A stretch of 64,000 nucleotides of DNA from Candidatus Latescibacterota bacterium (GTDB lineage Bacteria > Latescibacterota > UBA2968 > GCA-2709665), in NCBI GenBank assembly GCA_963662665.2, contig CAXXJS010000025.1:64001-128000 (forward strand), written 5' to 3'. A model generated the notes under the pieces. It searched no databases, was not told the origin of the DNA, and saw nothing but the letters and a program-made list of their open reading frames with translations. Position numbers and translations under genes: made by a program. Positions 59,414-64,000 of this stretch are shown one piece after another. Every line of letters starts with the position of its first letter. Within the stretch, counting starts at the first letter, position 1.

Positions 59414-60748
59414 ATGAACGAAAGCGATACGGGCGTCCGCCGGGTGTCCCCTGCCTTCCGGACTACCCTTCGACGGGAACTTGACGTCTGGTTGAAAGAA
59501 GGCGTTGTCGACTCCGATCAGTCCGCCGCTATACAGAAACGATATGCGCTGAACGAGGAGAACCAGAAATCCGGCGGCATGGTTGTGCAGGCCCTCTATC
59601 TGATCGGCGCCTGCCTGATTGGCGGAGGCGCGATCAGCTTCGTGGCGTCACGATGGGAAGAGATCCCCATACCCTTGAAAATGGCGCTCCTTTTCAGTAC
59701 GCTGCTCGCATTCGAGGTCGCGGGGTTCTACCTCTGGAAGGTATCGGGAAGCCGAAGGAAGCTCGGGGAGGCGCTTGTCGTGCTGGGCGGACTGGTCTTT
59801 GGCGCGAACGTGGTACTGATCGCTCAGATGTTCAATCTGCACGGCGAACCGTACGGGGCCTTCGGGATCTGGGCGATCGGAACCGGAGTCATTGCCTATG
59901 CGACAATGAGCGGACCCTGCATGGTCCTGACGTGCATCACGAGCTTTGTGTGGTTCGTCGGCCATACCGAGGGGAATCCGCATGCATTCTGCTGGTATCC
60001 TCTTGTGATCGGGGCTGCGGGTCTTCCGTTTCTGAAGCGTCACAGCACGTCTGCGTTCGCCGGCGTTATCCTGGCGGCAGGGGCGGCAATTCCCTTGTGC
60101 GCGGCCTTCGACAGCGGCGAAGCCTGGCCGGCCGTTCTTGCAGTTTCGGTAATCGCCACGCTGCTCTTCGGCCTGGGCGTGTGCCTGCACAGGATTGATT
60201 CAGCGCGTCTCATGGGGGTCATTGCGAGGATTATCGGGATGGCCGGGATTCTGCTTCTGGCTTACATTATATCGTTTCGGGAAGTGGCCGCCGAACTTAC
60301 AGAAGCCTCGTGGCAATCGACCGGGTTGTTGTGGACGGTACCGCTCGGTCTGGTTTTCCTGGCGGCCATTGCCGTCTGGACCTCCGTGATTCGAACGCCA
60401 CCGGATAGGGACGATCTGAGACACCGTTCGAAAGCGGTTCTCCTGGCCGGCGTTCTCCTGGCCTCCGGCACGTTGACCATGCAGCCCGTCGGGATTTCCC
60501 TTGGCGCTCACCTGGCGGTCGCCGCAATCGGTGTCAGCCTGCTCTATACGGCTGTAAAGGTCCAACGAAGGACGTCCTTCTGGACGGGCTTGTTGCTTCT
60601 GGCATGGGTCATCTTCCAGAATTTCATTCAGTGGGATACCAATCTGCTTCTCAAGTCAATGGTCTTCATCTTGTGCGGAATCGGCGTGATTCTAGGTGGG
60701 ATCCGGTTCGAGCGTCACCTCAAGAAGGGGGGCACTGACAATGGTTAG
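59414..60748 (+). CDS. DUF2157-domain membrane protein
   Basis: W..EG.V...Q, G.ISFVA..W, FGAN..LIAQMFNL; many TM helices. Confidence 0.85.
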   Translation: MNESDTGVRRVSPAFRTTLRRELDVWLKEGVVDSDQSAAIQKRYALNEENQKSGGMVVQALYLIGACLIGGGAISFVASRWEEIPIPLKMALLFSTLLAFEVAGFYLWKVSGSRRKLGEALVVLGGLVFGANVVLIAQMFNLHGEPYGAFGIWAIGTGVIAYATMSGPCMVLTCITSFVWFVGHTEGNPHAFCWYPLVIGAAGLPFLKRHSTSAFAGVILAAGAAIPLCAAFDSGEAWPAVLAVSVIATLLFGLGVCLHRIDSARLMGVIARIIGMAGILLLAYIISFREVAAELTEASWQSTGLLWTVPLGLVFLAAIAVWTSVIRTPPDRDDLRHRSKAVLLAGVLLASGTLTMQPVGISLGAHLAVAAIGVSLLYTAVKVQRRTSFWTGLLLLAWVIFQNFIQWDTNLLLKSMVFILCGIGVILGGIRFERHLKKGGTDNG

Positions 60749-61379
60749 GAGATACTTCTGGTTCGCGGCCGCGCTGCTGGCGCAAATCGGGATCCTGGCC
60801 GCGCTGCCCCTGAACCGAGGGGATTCGGGAAGGAAGGTCTGGCTCCCGGCGAAGGCCACGAATCTGCAACATGTCATGCGCGGCGCGGGCATCCGCATAG
60901 AGTATGAATTCGCACGGACCGAAGCGCATCGCAAACGGGGGGAGACGCTTTACGTCACGTTGCGTGTGCAGGCGGATTCCACGTGGGCCGTTGAGAGTAC
61001 GGGAACGCAAAAACCGTCGGACGCCTCGGCGGGAGAGGTCGTGATTCGCGGCAAGACCGCGTATCGCTGGGTGCCCATTCGCGTTCCGCTGCACCGGGAC
61101 ACCTCCGGAAAATGGATCGCGGGTTCGGTAGTGACCGGGCAGGAGGAGGGACCCCCTCGAATCGGGGATACGGACCAGACCGTCGCAAGGGGATCGTTCA
61201 GGGAGAAATACGTGAACTTCGGGATCGGATACTATCATGTGCCGGAGAGATTGCGCATGCAGATCGTCGAAGACATCCGGAAGCATCCCGAGGATTTCGC
61301 CGCGCTCGTCCAGGTCGACCCGAACGGACGCGCGTCGCTTCTGGGATTCAGAGTACAGGAACGGGAGTTCAGATTCTAG
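60741..61379 (+). CDS. GDYXXLXY-like membrane-anchored protein (degenerate motif)
   Basis: N-terminal TM, RGAGIRIEY at the motif position, FGIGYY.VPE, V.VD..G.A; overlaps the DUF2157 gene. Confidence 0.7.
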   Translation: MVRRYFWFAAALLAQIGILAALPLNRGDSGRKVWLPAKATNLQHVMRGAGIRIEYEFARTEAHRKRGETLYVTLRVQADSTWAVESTGTQKPSDASAGEVVIRGKTAYRWVPIRVPLHRDTSGKWIAGSVVTGQEEGPPRIGDTDQTVARGSFREKYVNFGIGYYHVPERLRMQIVEDIRKHPEDFAALVQVDPNGRASLLGFRVQEREFRF

Positions 61380-61400
61380 GCCACCTGATTCATAAACCGG

Positions 61401-61434
61401 AACTTACATGGTTGGACGGGATCGACAGGATAAA
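61401..61434 (+). repeat. Short dispersed repeat (CAGGAT-type), copy 2
   Basis: Inverted copy of 55700-55733. Confidence 0.6.
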
Positions 61435-61470
61435 AAACGACCAGGTTTGACAGGATTAGAAGCAAAAAGC

Positions 61471-61516
61471 AAGACCAACGGCGACGTCCTTCTGACTGGG
61501 CGTCGCCGTTGTCTTT
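61471..61516. terminator. Probable bidirectional terminator
   Basis: CAACGGCGACG/CGTCGCCGTTG stem between convergent genes. Confidence 0.7.
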
Positions 61517-61546
61517 CGCCACTGCTCTTCCCGTAGTATACCTCCC

Positions 61547-63406
61547 CTATTCGCATTCTCCGTAGCTGTAGACGTGCGACCCGCTCCCGAAGTAGATGCG
61601 TCCGTTCAGCCAGTCCCCGCCGAAGCCGATGGGCACGGGAGACTCGGCCAGCAGGGTCAGGCTGTGGTCGGACGGGTTGACACGGACGATGCCCTTGACG
61701 AAAAGCATATAGACGCTGCCCGCCGGCGTGGCCACGAAGACGCGCGGTCCCTGCTGTCTGGCCGTCAGTCCGTAATTCTCTGAGGTTCCTTCGCTGCGCA
61801 GGATCCCTCTGGTTTCGGGATCAAACACGAAGAAGCGTTCCCGGTCTGCAACGCCATAGACGAGGCCGTTCGGACCCGGGCAGAGATCCGTATAGGATTG
61901 TGCGCCGGGGACGACGACCTCGCGCCACAGGATCCGCCTCGTATTGGCATCCATCACGTAGAGTTCGGCTTCTTCCGCCTTTCGCTCGCCCCCGGTTCCG
62001 GGATCGGTCGTGGAACCGCCCAGGAGATTGCCGTCCGGAAGGGCGACCAGGCTCATTGTGCTGTGATCGCTAAGGATTTCGGTGTGGTCCAGCAGAACGC
62101 CCGATCCGGTCTCCCGGTCCCAGAACAGCATTCCGCCCCCCGTGCGGCCGTAACCCGGCGTGCCCGCCAGAATGACGGTCTTCCCGTCGGGATGGGCGAG
62201 CAGCGTGTGGGGACGGTTGATGGCGGGTTTGCATTCGGTAAGGAACCGCGGATTGGATCCGGGGTTGTCCTTTTCGGTTGGCACCCAGGGTCCGGCGGGG
62301 TCCCATTCCAGCAGGAGTCCGCCGGTGTAGGCGCCCGCGAAAAACCGGTCCGTCTGACGGGCCACGGTGTTCCACTGGCCGAGGTTGGGGCGGTTGATCC
62401 ACGTGTCGGTCGCGGGATCGTACCTGAAAAAACGCGCGGGAAACGTGGTGCCCCCGCTGACGGTCCCATCGGGCGCCGCGGCCAGCCCCATCACATGGGC
62501 GCCTTCGGTGGTGTAATCGAAGTCGACTTCAAGGACTTCTCCGGAATCCGGAACTTCAACCGACAGCTTGCGCGTTTCCAGGTCGCAGGCAACGATGCGT
62601 TTACCGTCCGGGAAGTCCCGGTGGAAGAGGCCCTGGCTGCCCGTCACGATCGGTTTTTCGTTCCGGTCCTCCAGCGCCCCGACGGGCCTTCGCGCGCCCC
62701 GGTAGAGTTCAAACCAGTTGTTGGAGCCGTCCCCGGCATGTCCGTAGACCTTGCCGTTGAGGTCGCGGTAGACGTGGCCGCTCCCGTGAACGCGTTCGTC
62801 TTCGGAGAGGATAGGATCAGCGGCGCCGGAATCCGGATTCAGGCTGATGATCTGACTGGCGGTACTGCCGATGCCGAAGTAGATCCAGCCGGCGCGGTCG
62901 GCCGCAACCGAACGCGGGTATTGCCGCCAATTCTGTTCGTAGACGTGTCCGTAATCCCTGAACGCACGGGTTCCCGGATCGTAACAAAGAACGCCGCTGT
63001 CCGGATGGGTGGCCGCCCAGATGCGACCGTCGTCGTCTTCGGTCATCCCCATGGCCATCTGCGGTACGGTCTCATGCCAGAACGTGAACGCCCGTGCGAC
63101 GGGATCGAAAGCCAGGAATTGGCTGTGAAAATGGCTGCAGAAGAGATTGCCGCTGGTGAGAATTGATGAAAACGGGCATGCATTGAAGTCGTCGCCCGGT
63201 GGAAAAGGGAGGGGGAACTGGTCGCTGTCGCCGGTCTCAGCGTCGATCAACAGCAGGGCGTAGCAGCCGCGATGGTCGTACAGCCAGAGCAGGACCACGT
63301 TGCGGCCCCGCCCGTCCACCGTGGCGACCAGCCCCCGGTGGTTTGCGATGTCGGTAGCGACGCCGTGGTGCCGGAACCCGTTGCCCAGATTCTCTGACGT
63401 GCGCAT
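61547..63406 (-). CDS. Beta-propeller repeat protein of unknown function
   Basis: Many DG.IY/IW and YDP.T blade motifs; RBS GAGGAG; no signal peptide. Confidence 0.75.
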   Translation of the reverse strand: MRTSENLGNGFRHHGVATDIANHRGLVATVDGRGRNVVLLWLYDHRGCYALLLIDAETGDSDQFPLPFPPGDDFNACPFSSILTSGNLFCSHFHSQFLAFDPVARAFTFWHETVPQMAMGMTEDDDGRIWAATHPDSGVLCYDPGTRAFRDYGHVYEQNWRQYPRSVAADRAGWIYFGIGSTASQIISLNPDSGAADPILSEDERVHGSGHVYRDLNGKVYGHAGDGSNNWFELYRGARRPVGALEDRNEKPIVTGSQGLFHRDFPDGKRIVACDLETRKLSVEVPDSGEVLEVDFDYTTEGAHVMGLAAAPDGTVSGGTTFPARFFRYDPATDTWINRPNLGQWNTVARQTDRFFAGAYTGGLLLEWDPAGPWVPTEKDNPGSNPRFLTECKPAINRPHTLLAHPDGKTVILAGTPGYGRTGGGMLFWDRETGSGVLLDHTEILSDHSTMSLVALPDGNLLGGSTTDPGTGGERKAEEAELYVMDANTRRILWREVVVPGAQSYTDLCPGPNGLVYGVADRERFFVFDPETRGILRSEGTSENYGLTARQQGPRVFVATPAGSVYMLFVKGIVRVNPSDHSLTLLAESPVPIGFGGDWLNGRIYFGSGSHVYSYGECE

Positions 63407-63579
63407 TGTTGATCTCCTCGTTGGTAGATTTCCAGATTCGGGGAGAGGGGAGCCGGGAGACGGTAGAAGACAACCCGCCCTGTACCGGTTTTGCGATGTG
63501 CCTTATGTAAGTGTTCTTCTGTTTTGCTTTTGGTTCTTGCTTCAAGCTGATTGCTGACCGCTGATGGCTGTCTTTGTAG

Positions 63580-63687
63580 AAATCTCCCCACCGCATCAGC
63601 CGTCGCCAGCCCGTCGACGGGCTCAGGACAAGGTTTGGGGGCCGGCTCGGCTTCTGCGACTCCCCCTCAAGGGGGGAGTGATTGAAC
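63580..63687 (-). repeat. Dispersed palindromic repeat (REP/MITE-like), copy 2
   Basis: Inverted copy of 37241-37360 with a different central segment. Confidence 0.85.
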
Positions 63688-63714
63688 CGCGAAACAGTCT
63701 CGTGCTTCCAAATC

Positions 63715-64000
63715 CTAGAATTGTACTTCCATTTCCTTGCGAAGGCGGAGAACGTCGCTGTCTTCGTCGAGTTCCACGTCGGATCGAAGAATCGGATCTC
63801 CCGCCGCGATTCCGCGATTCAGTTTGACTCCGTGCGCCAGGCCGATGGGCAGGACGCCGTTCCCAACGGCGGCGGCCGCTGGCATGAGTCTGCCGTAAAC
63901 GCGGTACCCGCCCTCCCCGTCCAGGGTTTCCCCGGCGGCAAGATCGCGCTTGGCGGTGGCGGCGACGTCGGCTACGAACGCGCGGGGAGAGCCGGTGGCT
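63715..64000 (-). CDS. Partial CDS (3' end): SAF domain of a COG4091-type NAD(P)-dependent oxidoreductase
   Basis: Manual translation ..DVAATAKRDLAAGETLDGEGGY.VYG..LPIGLA..L.R.IAAG..SDVELD; stop at 63715; not in the ORF track. Confidence 0.8.
   Translation of the reverse strand, partial: ATGSPRAFVADVAATAKRDLAAGETLDGEGGYRVYGRLMPAAAAVGNGVLPIGLAHGVKLNRGIAAGDPILRSDVELDEDSDVLRLRKEMEVQF

Noticed and set aside
44080-61379. Bona fide integron
   Set aside because: No intI and no recurring RYYYAAC...GTTRRRY attC structures found by eye; kept only as a hypothesis.

Overview
A GC-rich bacterial chromosomal window with no rRNA, tRNA, CRISPR array or intact transposase that I can see. PorV-like and T9SS-type C-terminal-domain (CTD) proteins, a cohesin/dockerin pair and FN3/Ig, kelch, ankyrin, PhyH and sulfotransferase genes suggest an FCB-superphylum organism (Latescibacterota/Gemmatimonadota-like, possibly host-associated); this is inference only. 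There are four blocks. (1) 1-17.6 kb, minus strand, cell-surface genes: an operon of OM beta-barrel, TonB-dependent receptor, large CTD protein, PorV-like barrel and two FGE-fold lipoproteins, plus a 2071-aa FN3/Ig-repeat protein ending in a dockerin next to a cohesin+CTD protein. (2) 18-38.5 kb, plus strand, catabolic enzymes: heparinase-like, GNAT, two AAC(3)-family proteins, CocE, kelch, DppA, phosphoesterase, SixA, crotonase, CoA ligase, PhyH, amidohydrolase, PepF, Gfo/Idh/MocA and AKR. (3) 38.9-43.9 kb: a receiver-domain/glutamate dehydrogenase fusion next to a hybrid kinase with an HPt domain. (4) 44-61.4 kb: a co-oriented string of small accessory genes with one intact and several apparently deleted toxin-antitoxin modules. 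The main leads are the REC-GDH phosphorelay, a disulfide-staple pattern in the Ig stalk, the split dockerin/cohesin display pair, a structured SD-occluding leader before the ankyrin gene, and the eroded TA modules. All family calls come from reading motifs, not from database searches.
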